From the NCBI GenBank assembly GCA_044222185.1, contig JBGANV010000005.1:1-64000 (forward strand): a stretch of DNA of 64,000 nucleotides. Reading direction: 5' to 3'. The number at the start of each line of letters is the position of its first letter. The first letter of the stretch is position 1. Positions 52,893-62,621 of the stretch are shown here, piece after piece. The DNA is from Planctomycetota bacterium (lineage in GTDB: Bacteria; Planctomycetota; GCA-002687715; CAIWVZ01). The notes under the pieces are model-generated. The model worked only from the letters and a program-made list of their open reading frames with translations. It searched no databases and was not told the origin of the DNA. The translations under genes were made by a program, and so were the position numbers.

Positions 52893-53681
52893 TCAGCGGG
52901 CCTTGAAGCTGGGCTTGCGCTTCTCGAGGTTGGCCGCGAGGCCTTCCTTGGCGTCCTCGCCGATGAAGAGCTGTTGCTGCAGCTCGCGCTCGAGCGCCAG
53001 GCCGCACTCGAAGGACATCTCGGCACCGCTTTGGACGGCGCGCTTGATCCGCCCCACGGCCCGCGACGCACGATGCGGAGGGCAGAACGACCGGGCGTAC
53101 GCCATGGCCTCCGCCATGAAGGTCGCGTGATCTCCCGGCACGAGGCGATCGACGATGCCGAACGCCAGCGCGTCGTCGAACGAGAACACGCTGCCTTCCG
53201 CCATCAGACGGATCGCCTTCGACTTGCCGACGAGTCGCGCGAGGCGCTGCGTTCCGCCGGTGCCGGGCAGGACTCCCAGGTTGACCTCGGGAAGCCCGCA
53301 CTTGCCCGCATCCTTGCGCGCGAGGCGGATGTCACAGGCCATGGCCACTTCGAGCCCGCCGCCGACGCAGTGCCCGTTGATCGCCGCGATCGTGAGTTTC
53401 GACGTCTGCTCGAGGCGGTTCAGGGTCTCGTTCGCGTGGATGCAGAAGTAGTATTTGAACTCCACGGTGACCGACGTGAGCATCGCGATGTTCGCGCCGG
53501 CGCAGAAGAACTTCTCGCCTTCGCCCGTGAGCAGGATCACGTGGACGTTCTCGTCCATCCGGGCGTCGAGGATGGCGGCATCGAGCTCGCGCATCATCTC
53601 GTAGCTGTACGTGTTGGCCGGTGGCTCGCACAAAGTGATCACGGCGACACCCTGATCGGCCTGGTATTTGACCTTGCTCAT
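52893..53681 (-). CDS. Enoyl-CoA hydratase/isomerase
   Basis: PPANTY, FFCAGANI, CVGGGLEVAMACD and GLPEVNLGVLPGTGGTQRL. Confidence 0.9.
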   Translation of the reverse strand: MSKVKYQADQGVAVITLCEPPANTYSYEMMRELDAAILDARMDENVHVILLTGEGEKFFCAGANIAMLTSVTVEFKYYFCIHANETLNRLEQTSKLTIAAINGHCVGGGLEVAMACDIRLARKDAGKCGLPEVNLGVLPGTGGTQRLARLVGKSKAIRLMAEGSVFSFDDALAFGIVDRLVPGDHATFMAEAMAYARSFCPPHRASRAVGRIKRAVQSGAEMSFECGLALERELQQQLFIGEDAKEGLAANLEKRKPSFKAR

Positions 53682-53760
53682 CCGCGCGGACTCCGTGGTT
53701 GTGGGAGGAAAGCCGCGGATTCTATGCCAGCGTGTCGGCGCGGCCAATGCGCGTGCGTCG

Positions 53761-54819
53761 TCAGACGGCGGCGAGCTTCTGCGCGGGCGCTGCGAACCAC
53801 GACGAGATCCGCCGCAGAAGGATCTGCGGATCGAACCCCGAGGGAATCACGTCGAGCACGCCGGCCCTGCCGCATCGGAGCACGTTCGAGCGCGAAGGAC
53901 GCTCGAGGACGACGGCGAACCGGATCGCCTTGCACGCCGGGTGGCGCCGAAGCGCGCCGAGAACGTCGACCTTCCACTCCTGCCCCGCCTGGACCTCGAC
54001 GACGATGAGTCGCGGAGACGCGCCCGCCTCCACCGACTTCACGAGTTCGGACAGGCCGGCAACGGTCGAAACCTCGGTGCCCGATGGCAGCGACGGCCTC
54101 AACGCGGCGATGAAGGCGTCGGCCCCGGCGATCAGGGCGCTTCCGGCCACGGTCGCGGCGCCTGCGACGGCAGCAGGCGCGCCGGCAGCGGCCGCCTGCC
54201 TGGCAGCCGCCTGGACCTCGGGCGGGGCCCAGAAGTCGGCGAGTGCCAGCGGAAGGACGAGCACCATCGCGCCCGGCGGGAGCTGATCCGGCGCGACCTG
54301 CGCGGTGCAGGCCACGTAGTCGCCGGGCGGGACCAGCGCCCCGACGTCCGTCGCGTCGCCGGGCAAGAGCTTTACCGAGCCCGCCACGGGTTCGAGCGAG
54401 TGCCCCTTCACCGACGCGAACAGCTCGGTCACGGCCGCCACGAGGAAGCTGTCGATCTCCGCGAGCGTCGCCTTCTCCGATTCGTCCGGCGGAGCCGCGG
54501 CCGCGAGCCGCTCCTGGATCTGCGGGTCCTGCGACATGCGCATGAGCCCGACCATCGTCAAAGCGAGCGGCAGCGACGTCACCCAATGGAGCTCGCCGGG
54601 AACGTCGCCCGTGACCTTCACGCTCAGACTCACGCACGGTGGCGGGATCAGGCCGCCGAGCGTCGGCTGATCGACCACGGTCGGAGCCTCGGCCGTGATC
54701 GGCATCGAGCGACCCATGAGCAGTTCGAGATTCTCACGGATGCGCGCCACCGCCGGCTTGAAGAAGCCGCTCTGGAACGCCGCGAGCGTCTTGGGATCTG
54801 GAAGTGTGGCTGTAGTCAC
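53761..54819 (-). CDS. CheC/FliY-like domain protein with C-terminal receiver-like domain
   Basis: V.VTGDVPG.L, ALTMVGLM and ATLAEIDSFL resemble the CheC fold; Ala-rich linker; C-terminal degenerate REC-like alpha/beta segment. Confidence 0.5.
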   Translation of the reverse strand: MTTATLPDPKTLAAFQSGFFKPAVARIRENLELLMGRSMPITAEAPTVVDQPTLGGLIPPPCVSLSVKVTGDVPGELHWVTSLPLALTMVGLMRMSQDPQIQERLAAAAPPDESEKATLAEIDSFLVAAVTELFASVKGHSLEPVAGSVKLLPGDATDVGALVPPGDYVACTAQVAPDQLPPGAMVLVLPLALADFWAPPEVQAAARQAAAAGAPAAVAGAATVAGSALIAGADAFIAALRPSLPSGTEVSTVAGLSELVKSVEAGASPRLIVVEVQAGQEWKVDVLGALRRHPACKAIRFAVVLERPSRSNVLRCGRAGVLDVIPSGFDPQILLRRISSWFAAPAQKLAAV

Positions 54820-54941
54820 GTCGACCGCCGGACCGGGTGCGAACCCTCTCCCCTCTCCATCATCGGATCAGGCTCGGACGAGCTGAAACCCATGGGCAGA
54901 GGAACCTTAGTCGGCGCGGCGGCGCCCGTCGCGACCACGCC

Positions 54942-55727
54942 TCAGATCACGGCGAACCGTGACCGGATCTGCTGGCGGACGTACGCGCCCGTGATGTCCA
55001 TCATGGGACTTGGAGGTCCCTTGCCGTTCCTCCGCAGCCATTCCTGGCCGCGTTCGAAGAATGACCCGAACTCCTCCTGACTCATCTCCCGGGCGAAGTA
55101 GGTGTCGCGGCGGACGGTCGAAAGCCGGCAGATCGGCGTGCCCTTGGGGATGTGGATCTCCTTCTGGGAGGGATCGAGCTCGATCACGCAGTGCCACGGG
55201 TAGGACGCCGGGTACCAGTCCGTGTCGACGATCGCGGTCAACGCGCGCCACGGGCGTGCGAGGTTCGGAATGTCGCTGATCTGGAGCAACTCGTTGGCAT
55301 CGGTGAAGAGGAACAACCACGTCGAGACCTTCACCTGGTTCTTGAGCTGCTCGTAGACGTCGTCCGAGATCGGGTGCGGCAGTTTCTGCCCTTTCTCCCA
55401 GAACCAGGCGTTGCGCTGGGTGAGCGGGACGCCGTGATCGCAACCGTCGCCGTGCTCGTGGTCGCCGGCATGGGAGTGTTCCGTTCCGGGTGGCTCCCAC
55501 GTCCAATCGGTGGCGATCTCCACTTCCTTCGCAAGTCGCCACGTGCCGTCGCGTCGTTTCTTGAACGACATGTCGAACGCCGTGAGGACGTCCCACCCGA
55601 ACGCGTTCGCTGCGCGAAGCGGTGGGCACTCGTCGGGCCACCCACGGCCGGCCGCGCGCTTGTGGTAGACGTCTCGCGCCGGTGCGGGCGACGGAAGATC
55701 GGAACGGAACTTGAAGTAATGGAGCAT
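54942..55727 (-). CDS. Conserved hypothetical protein (DUF6065-like) with His-rich insert
   Basis: CPPLRAANAFGW, IVDTDWY and KGTPIC motifs; HSHAGDHEHGDGCDH insert. Confidence 0.6.
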   Translation of the reverse strand: MLHYFKFRSDLPSPAPARDVYHKRAAGRGWPDECPPLRAANAFGWDVLTAFDMSFKKRRDGTWRLAKEVEIATDWTWEPPGTEHSHAGDHEHGDGCDHGVPLTQRNAWFWEKGQKLPHPISDDVYEQLKNQVKVSTWLFLFTDANELLQISDIPNLARPWRALTAIVDTDWYPASYPWHCVIELDPSQKEIHIPKGTPICRLSTVRRDTYFAREMSQEEFGSFFERGQEWLRRNGKGPPSPMMDITGAYVRQQIRSRFAVI

Positions 55728-55857
55728 GCGGGGTCTCGCCTTCTTTGGCGCAGGCCCGCGCCGACGCGGGCGGGCCTGGCCATGATGCCCCGCGATCGGT
55801 CGAAGCACAGCCCCCGGATGAGAACGCCGGCATGACCCCGAGCCCGGCGCTCTGGAT

Positions 55858-57402
55858 TCAGCCCGGGGCCTCCGCCTGGAACCGTCCGCGAACCGCGAGC
55901 GAGACGGCTTCGCAGAGGCTCGCGGGCGTGAACGGCTTCGGCAGGAAGTCGATGGCGAGCTTGCGCGACCACGTCCGTACGAGGTCGTCGGAGGCGTAGC
56001 CACTGATGACGATCACGGGCACCTCCGGCCGGTAGCGTGCGATCGCAGCGAGCAGGTCGCTCACGGGCAGGTCCGGCAGTCCCACGTCCGTCACGACGAC
56101 CCCGATCCGATTGTGCGAAGCGGAGACGTACCCCATCGCATCACGCGTGCTCCCGCGAACGACGGTCTCGCACCCGATCCGGTTCAACGCCGTGACGACG
56201 ACCTGGCGGACGAGGACGTCATCCTCGACGATCAGGACCGGTCCGATCGGCGCTTGAAACGAACCCGTCTGACGCACGGCCGCGGGAGTGGCGTCCGTCG
56301 AATCGACGACCGGAAGCGAGATCGTGAACGTCGTCCCCGCACCGGGTCGCGACGCCACGTCGATGCGCCCTCCGGCCTGGGTGACGATGCCGTAGGTCAC
56401 CGAGAGTCCCAGCCCCGTTCCGTGCCCCTGGGGCTTGGTCGTGAAAAACGGCTCGAAGCAGCGCTTGCGCGTCTCCTCGTTCATCCCGGCGCCCTCGTCG
56501 GCGACGACGATGGTGGCGAAGCGCTTCTTGTCGTCGGGGCCCGCGACCTCGGGTGTGATTCCCGTGGCGATGCGGATCCGCCCGCCGTCCGGCATGGCAT
56601 CGCGCGCGTTCGCGATGAGATTCACGAGGACCTGCCGGAGCTGCACGGGGTCGACGTAGACGGAGCGATCGGTGTCCGCCAGCGCGAGCTCGATGCGGAT
56701 CCGCTCGCTCACCAGGCCACGCAGGAGTGCCTCCGTGCTGCGGACGGTGGCGTTCAACGCGATCTTCTCCGGTCGGTGGAGCTGGCGCCGTGCGAATGCG
56801 AGGAGCCTTGCCGCCACGTCCGTCGCGTGCGCGGCGGCCTGGAGGACGTGTCGCAGATGTTCGGCGCATGGGTGATCCGGGTCCACCGTTCCCTGGGCGA
56901 GGGAGGCATGGCCGATGATCGCCGTCAGGCCGTTGTTGAACTCGTGTGCGATTCCGCCGGCGAGGTTTCCGATGGCCTCCATCCGCTGTGCGTGCCGAAG
57001 CTGTTCTTCGAGTTCGCGGCGCTCGCGGCGCAGCGTCGCTTCCCGGAGCGCACGGAGTGCCGCCGGGCCGAGCCGCTGCAGGTGTTCCTTCACGACGAAG
57101 TCGGAAACCCCGGCGCGCATCATGTCGATGGCGAAATCCTCGCCGAGCGACCCGGTCACGAGGATGAACGGCAGCTCGGGAGCGGATCGCCGCACGATCT
57201 CCAGCGCTTCGAGGGCGTCGAAGGCTGGCAGACGGAAATCCGAGATCACGAGGTCGACGCGCCCGGCGGTCAGCGCGACCTCGAACTCGTCGCGGCGCTC
57301 CACGCGACGCAGGTGGGCCTCGATCCCAGAGCCGCGAAACGCCTCCTCCACGAGTTCGAAGTCGCGGGGATCATCCTCGATGCAAAGGACCTCGAGCGTC
57401 AC
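55858..57402 (-). CDS. Hybrid histidine kinase (REC-HisKA-HATPase-REC)
   Basis: IEDD..SDFRLP receiver; [16 protein letters not shown] and FFTTK..G.GTGLGL; C-terminal VEDD..TDVGLP..KPF. Confidence 0.93.
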   Translation of the reverse strand: MTLEVLCIEDDPRDFELVEEAFRGSGIEAHLRRVERRDEFEVALTAGRVDLVISDFRLPAFDALEALEIVRRSAPELPFILVTGSLGEDFAIDMMRAGVSDFVVKEHLQRLGPAALRALREATLRRERRELEEQLRHAQRMEAIGNLAGGIAHEFNNGLTAIIGHASLAQGTVDPDHPCAEHLRHVLQAAAHATDVAARLLAFARRQLHRPEKIALNATVRSTEALLRGLVSERIRIELALADTDRSVYVDPVQLRQVLVNLIANARDAMPDGGRIRIATGITPEVAGPDDKKRFATIVVADEGAGMNEETRKRCFEPFFTTKPQGHGTGLGLSVTYGIVTQAGGRIDVASRPGAGTTFTISLPVVDSTDATPAAVRQTGSFQAPIGPVLIVEDDVLVRQVVVTALNRIGCETVVRGSTRDAMGYVSASHNRIGVVVTDVGLPDLPVSDLLAAIARYRPEVPVIVISGYASDDLVRTWSRKLAIDFLPKPFTPASLCEAVSLAVRGRFQAEAPG

Positions 57403-57857
57403 GTCGACCCCCCTTCGTTCCGCGGCGGCGGCTCGTTGACCCGGCCCCAGAACACTCCCAGACGCCGCACGACGTCCACGTAGTCCTCGAACTTGAACGG
57501 TTTCACGACGAACGCATTGGCGCCGAGGGCGTAGCTCTGGAGAAGATCACTCTCCTCCTTCGACGACGTGAGCATGACGATCGGAATCTGGCGCTTCTCC
57601 TCGTCCTCGCGGATGGCCCGAAGGACCCCGAGACCGTCGATGCGGGGCATCTTGATGTCGAGGAGGATCACGGTCGGGTCACCGCTCTGGCGCGTGGAGA
57701 ATGAGCCGCGCCGAAAGACGTAGTCCAGCGCTTCCGCGCCGTCGTTGACGACGACGACGTGCTCGTCCAGCTTCTCGGCCGAAAGCCCTTCGAGGGTCAG
57801 GACGACGTCGTCCGGATCGTCCTCGGCCAGGAGAATCGATATGTCGCGGTCGATCAC
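57399..57857 (-). CDS. Single-domain response regulator (Rcp1-like)
   Basis: AEDD, LLDIKMP, LTSS and GANAFVVKP. Confidence 0.93.
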   Translation of the reverse strand: MIDRDISILLAEDDPDDVVLTLEGLSAEKLDEHVVVVNDGAEALDYVFRRGSFSTRQSGDPTVILLDIKMPRIDGLGVLRAIREDEEKRQIPIVMLTSSKEESDLLQSYALGANAFVVKPFKFEDYVDVVRRLGVFWGRVNEPPPRNEGGST

Positions 57858-60061
57858 GGAGTCGGCTCCTCGCGTGGAATCGTGAAGAAGAACTCGGCGC
57901 CCTCGCCAGGGCGACCGTGCGCCCAGATGCGACCACCGTGCCGCTCGACGATGCGGCGGACGGTCGCGAGCCCGATCCCGACGCCCTCGAACTCGGCGAC
58001 GGAGTGCAACCGCTGGAAGACGCCGAAGAGCTTGTCCTGGTAGCGCGGGTCGAAGCCCGCGCCGTTGTCCGTCACCTCGAACTCCGTGTCACGTCCCATG
58101 ACGCGGCCCGAGATCGAGATCACGGAACGAGGTTTCTTGGACGAGTACTTCACGGCGTTGTCCAGGAGGTTCGCGAAGACCTGCCGCAGCAGCGTGGCGT
58201 CGCCGGTCACTTCCGGCAGATCACCCTTCTTCCATTCGATCGTGCGGTCTGGGTGCGTGGCGTTGAGTTGTTCGATCAGTTCGTCCACCAGCTTCGCCGT
58301 GAACACGTGCGTCCGGACGATCGACGCTCTGCCCAGCCGTGAGAAGGCCAGCAAGCCGTCGATGATCGTCCCCATCTGGCGCGTGGCGCGCAGCATGGTC
58401 TCGAGGTGGCGCTGTGCTTTCGGCGGAAGGCCGTCGCCCAGGTCCCGCTGCAAGAGCTGCCCGAAGCCGAAGACGTGCCGCAGCGGGGCCCGCAAGTCGT
58501 GGGTCACGGTGTACGTGAACGCCTCGAGCTCGTGGTTCGCGGCTTGAAGGCGCGCGGTCCGGTCGGCGATCCGTTCCTCCAGTTGCTCGTTGAGGACCCG
58601 ATAGCGGGTCTCGCTCTGCTGGAGCTTGGAGACCAACGCCGATTGCCGCTCCGCGGCATCCGCGAGTGACGTGCGCAAGGCATCCCGCTGCGAAACGGCG
58701 CGCGACATCCGCGTGATTTCCTGGGAAAGCTCGCGAAGCTCCCGCGGGCCCGTCGGATCGAGATGCTCGTCGGTCTTCCCGCGTGCGACCGCGCGGGCGT
58801 GGTCCGCGATGGCGACGACGGGTCTCACGAGCCGCTGGCCGAGGACGAGCCCGAAGAACGCCGCGCCGACGAGGATGGGAATGCCCGCGAGCAACATGCG
58901 GTGTCGCGTCTCGTCGGTCTCCTGAAAGAACGCGCCTTCGGGCACGACCGTCAGAAGAGACCAGTGAGGACCGGCGGGAAGCCCGAGCGCCGACACCCTG
59001 GCGCGGCAGGGTCGAGCCTCGGCATCGAGACAGGTCGTCGACGCCTCGCCGCCCTCGGCCTTGGCGTCGGCGAAGAGCTGCTCGGCGACGCCGCCCAGAC
59101 CAGGGCCGAGCGCGGCTGCGCCCTGCCGCACCCCGGCGTCGTTGGTCACCCGGCCCCGCGACGTGGCGACGAGCAGGCCCTGTTCATCGACGATGGCGAG
59201 CGAGGCGACGCCGGCGGTCTTCGCCAGCTCCCGCAGCGAGACGGACAGGCCCTCGAGGGTCAGATCCACGACGACGACGCCGAGGAACTCGCCGGAGGAG
59301 CTGGAGATCGCCCGGGCGACGCCGACACCCAGCTCGGCGTCCGAGCCACGCTCCCCGAACCAGAAGTAGACGGAGGTCCACGCAGGACCCTTGCTCTTGA
59401 GACCGACCTCGTACCAGGGCCGCTTGCGCGGATCGTAGTCGTAGGTGCGGAGGGGTGCGGTGCCGATCGTCCGCCCGTCGAGCGAGACCGGCAACTCGAT
59501 CGCCCGGCCATCGGGCGCGCCGCGCCCGCGACCGAGCTCGAGCCTCTCGCCGTGCCGCAGGAGCCACGTGGAGTCCCCGTCGGCGGCGCCGAATGCGATG
59601 GATGCGACCTCCGGAGTGGTCGTGAGGTCCTGCGTCATGAACGATTCCCAGGCCGACAGGCCGCGAGTCGGGAGAACTCCCATCGCCACGCGTTGCACGT
59701 AGCGGTCGCACAAGCGCGTGGCCGCGTCGAAGTCCCGCTGGATCGTCGCCTGGATCGCCTTCGACGTCCCGCGCAGGAACTCGGCCTCCAAGGTCTCCGA
59801 GATGTGGCGACACGCGAGATTGGCGAGTTGATAGAAGGCCGCGAATACGAGGAACGCGGGGCCTACGGCGATGCCCGCCATCAGCACGCGCAGCGGAAGC
59901 CCGCCGGCCCGCGTCACGGGGATGGCCCCAGTCGTCACCTGGCCACCCGGCGGAAGGAGTGGAATGGCCCGCTCGTTCGCCACCGCGCTGCGCATCGCCT
60001 GAAGCGGATCGTCCTCCACAGTGGGAGCGTCCCTGCCTGGACTCGTCTTCTGGAGGTTCAT
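57854..60061 (-). CDS. Membrane sensor histidine kinase (dCache-HAMP-HisKA-HATPase)
   Basis: Two TMs flanking a YDPRKRPWY Cache motif; ELEAFTYTVTHDLRAP, NAVKY, DNGAGF, FQRLH and G.GIGLA; start uncertain. Confidence 0.9.
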   Translation of the reverse strand: MNLQKTSPGRDAPTVEDDPLQAMRSAVANERAIPLLPPGGQVTTGAIPVTRAGGLPLRVLMAGIAVGPAFLVFAAFYQLANLACRHISETLEAEFLRGTSKAIQATIQRDFDAATRLCDRYVQRVAMGVLPTRGLSAWESFMTQDLTTTPEVASIAFGAADGDSTWLLRHGERLELGRGRGAPDGRAIELPVSLDGRTIGTAPLRTYDYDPRKRPWYEVGLKSKGPAWTSVYFWFGERGSDAELGVGVARAISSSSGEFLGVVVVDLTLEGLSVSLRELAKTAGVASLAIVDEQGLLVATSRGRVTNDAGVRQGAAALGPGLGGVAEQLFADAKAEGGEASTTCLDAEARPCRARVSALGLPAGPHWSLLTVVPEGAFFQETDETRHRMLLAGIPILVGAAFFGLVLGQRLVRPVVAIADHARAVARGKTDEHLDPTGPRELRELSQEITRMSRAVSQRDALRTSLADAAERQSALVSKLQQSETRYRVLNEQLEERIADRTARLQAANHELEAFTYTVTHDLRAPLRHVFGFGQLLQRDLGDGLPPKAQRHLETMLRATRQMGTIIDGLLAFSRLGRASIVRTHVFTAKLVDELIEQLNATHPDRTIEWKKGDLPEVTGDATLLRQVFANLLDNAVKYSSKKPRSVISISGRVMGRDTEFEVTDNGAGFDPRYQDKLFGVFQRLHSVAEFEGVGIGLATVRRIVERHGGRIWAHGRPGEGAEFFFTIPREEPTP

Positions 60062-60149
60062 CGCGCGGCTTCCGGCAATGACGCTGTGCAAGCCGTCGCG
60101 GCGCATCATACAACGGCTCCGCCGGCATGGCGCGACGTCTGCGCCGACG

Positions 60150-60788
60150 CTACTCGGCGGGCGACGCCATGCGTACGTCGATCGGGACCGAGCCGTGCAA
60201 CTCCGTCGCACCAGTCGCACGCAGAACCTGGACCCAGTTCGACGGCCTGATGCCCCCCCCCGGCATGACGACGATTCGCCCCGCGCCTCGCCTGATCAGA
60301 CGCGCGAGTGCGAGGGTCCCCTCCAGGGCCGTCGGCGCTCCGCCAGACGTCAGGACTCGCGGGATCCCCAGCGTCATGAGATCGTCCAAGGCCTCGTCCA
60401 GGTCCCGGGTCCGGTCGAAAGCCCGATGGAACGTCACGCTGGCTCCCTCCGCCAACGGAAGCAGTCGCCGCACCGCGTCAGTCGCGATCCGCCCCCGGTC
60501 GTCCAGGAAGCCGAACACGAACCCGGCGGGGGCGAGCCGCCGGAGCTCCACGAGTTGCGCCGCAGCCCGGTCCAGGTCGCCGGGGCGAAGCACGAAGTCC
60601 CCAGGCCTCGGGCGGACCATCACGTGAACGGGGATGGCTACGGCGGACTGGATCCCCGCCACGAGGGCGGGTGCGGGCGTGAGTCCGTCCTGTGCCAGGT
60701 CCGAACAGACCTCGAGGCGGCCGACGTGCCGGTGGCCGGCCGCGCGTGCAGCCTCCACCGTCTCGACGACCGCCTCGAAGAGGATCAA
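60150..60788 (-). CDS. cutC: CutC family protein
   Basis: RLEVCSDL..GLTP, HVMVRPRPGDF, TFHRAFD, RVLTSGG and MPGGGI; TTG start. Confidence 0.9.
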   Translation of the reverse strand: MILFEAVVETVEAARAAGHRHVGRLEVCSDLAQDGLTPAPALVAGIQSAVAIPVHVMVRPRPGDFVLRPGDLDRAAAQLVELRRLAPAGFVFGFLDDRGRIATDAVRRLLPLAEGASVTFHRAFDRTRDLDEALDDLMTLGIPRVLTSGGAPTALEGTLALARLIRRGAGRIVVMPGGGIRPSNWVQVLRATGATELHGSVPIDVRMASPAE

Positions 60789-60807
60789 CGCGGGTTCCCG
60801 TCGGGCG

Positions 60808-61911
60808 TCAGAGCCCGACGACGAAACTCAGTGCGTTGGAGGTGAGGAAGCCGCTCGGAGACGCTCCGTCCGTGGCGACACCCTGCATGGCGATCGACGC
60901 GCCCATGAGCGCCGGGGTGTTGCTGATTCCGAGTGGAAGCGTGATCACGCCGTTCTGCGGGAACGTGAAGGGCCCGATCGGCGAGAAGCCGGCGGCAAGG
61001 AACGCGTTCAAGGACACGAGGTCGAGATAGACGTTGCAGCCTCCGCCGATGGGCACTGCAGGTGCCGTGGTCGCGGCGAGGAAGAACAGGCCAGCTCCCC
61101 CCGCAACACCGTGCGAAAGCGAGCAACCGAACGAGCCGTTACCGATCTGGGGCAGGCCGTTCGCCGTCAGCGAGAGCGGCAGGGCCAGCGTCGCGTTGCA
61201 GCCGGTGCCCGTCGGCGTCACGCTGGCGAGGATCGGCGGGTTGTAGGTGATCGTCAACTGGGGCTGGTTGTTCGCATCCTCACGCGTCGCGAACCGCTTC
61301 GCCGTCGGAGGCGCCGCCGACTCGTCCGAGATGAGGATCCAGCCGAAGTTGTTCGCCGGCGTGTTCAGCCAGGACTGAACGTCGGTCGCCATGCCCGGAC
61401 CCGTCCAGGAGTAGAAACCCGTAGAGCCGACGACCTTCGATGCGACGGGAAGCGGATTGAAGTCGCCGCCGGGCGTAGCCCAAAGGGTGCCGGGATAGAA
61501 CCGGTGGAGCCACGTGGCATCGCCGGTGGTGGAAGGGGCGCCGCCGCCTTGACCACTCGATGCCGTCGATGAGCCCTCGCCCCAGCTCGCCGTCACCGCG
61601 TGCAGATTCATGTTGACGTTGCCCGAGATCGTCTGCGTGCAGGTCAAGCCGAGCGACACCGTGAGGATGGTGCTGCCCGCTGGGACCGCCGAGGCGATGT
61701 CGAAATGGAAGACGGCGCGACGCGTCAGCCCGTTGAACGGGAGGCCGCTGAAACACGCAGACCCGGCGCCGTTGCTGAGAGAACCCAAAGTGTCCTGGTA
61801 CAGGGTGTTGTCCAGGTCGGACGTAATCACGGCCGTGCTCTGTGCGGCGACCGAATGCGCCAAAATCAGCGCGAGAACGGCGGGCAGAGCGGCGGTCGAA
61901 AAACGATGCAT
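60808..61911 (-). CDS. Secreted DNRLRE-like domain protein with C-terminal lineage-type domain
   Basis: GAGGAG RBS; signal peptide ending AAQ; DNTLYQ, RRAVFHFD, WGEG, ATW, W.TPGGDF, NFGWIL and F.TRE...P.L. Confidence 0.8.
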   Translation of the reverse strand: MHRFSTAALPAVLALILAHSVAAQSTAVITSDLDNTLYQDTLGSLSNGAGSACFSGLPFNGLTRRAVFHFDIASAVPAGSTILTVSLGLTCTQTISGNVNMNLHAVTASWGEGSSTASSGQGGGAPSTTGDATWLHRFYPGTLWATPGGDFNPLPVASKVVGSTGFYSWTGPGMATDVQSWLNTPANNFGWILISDESAAPPTAKRFATREDANNQPQLTITYNPPILASVTPTGTGCNATLALPLSLTANGLPQIGNGSFGCSLSHGVAGGAGLFFLAATTAPAVPIGGGCNVYLDLVSLNAFLAAGFSPIGPFTFPQNGVITLPLGISNTPALMGASIAMQGVATDGASPSGFLTSNALSFVVGL

Positions 61912-62221
61912 GGGGAAACTCCTCGAAAAGCAGGGTTGGGGACGGCGCATGGTACCCATCCACCCCCATAGCTTGGAACATCCCGTGCGGCCGTGCGTGG
62001 GGTTTTTCGATCGTCTTCACATCTTGCGTCGCGAACCGGACTTCGGCCGACGACGCGCGCAAACCGGACACTCCCGCGCGCTTCGTGAAACCTCCGCGCC
62101 CCTGCCGCATCGAACCCGGCGTGGCTGATGGCTGGCGCCGCGCGGCGGGGCCTGCATCGAGCCGATTCCAGTCCGACTTTCACGATGCGGCGCGCACGGC
62201 GGGCCGCCAGGAGTGCACGAC

Positions 62222-62515
62222 ATGAAGACTCGTCAATCGCGGTTCTCGAACATGGCTCTGGGCGCGGCCGTCGCGGGGATCATCGCCGGATCGATGCTCA
62301 TCGGCGGATGCAGCAAGGACTCCAAGGGCGAAGGGCAGAAGACCGAGGGCAACGGCTGCAACGGCCCCAACGGATGCGGCGCCCAGAAGAAGGCCGAGAA
62401 GAACGCCTGCAACGGTCACAACGGATGCAACGGGGCAAAGACGGAGAAGGCCGCGCCGGCCGCCACCGACAAGAACGCCTGCAACGGCCACAACACCTGC
62501 AGCGCGAAGAAGTGA
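62222..62515 (+). CDS. Putative MNIO-modified RiPP precursor (bufferin-like), lipoprotein, three Cys-pair repeats
   Basis: AGGAG RBS; signal peptide with lipobox-like LIGGC; NGCNGPNGC, NACNGHNGC and NACNGHNTC; directly upstream of DUF692. Confidence 0.8.
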   Translation: MKTRQSRFSNMALGAAVAGIIAGSMLIGGCSKDSKGEGQKTEGNGCNGPNGCGAQKKAEKNACNGHNGCNGAKTEKAAPAATDKNACNGHNTCSAKK

Positions 62516-62621
62516 TCGAAGGATGCCGCGCTGCCCCACGGCAGAACGCGACGTGAATCGGACCCCTACGCCGCCGACGCGCAACCGCGCGCGGCGGACG
62601 ATCCGAAAGTGAGGTGCCACG

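Noticed and set aside
62085-62115. ECF-type promoter (GAAACC-N18-CGAA) upstream of the RiPP precursor
   Set aside because: The spacing is longer than the usual 16-17 nt and the motif is too short to support without transcription start data.
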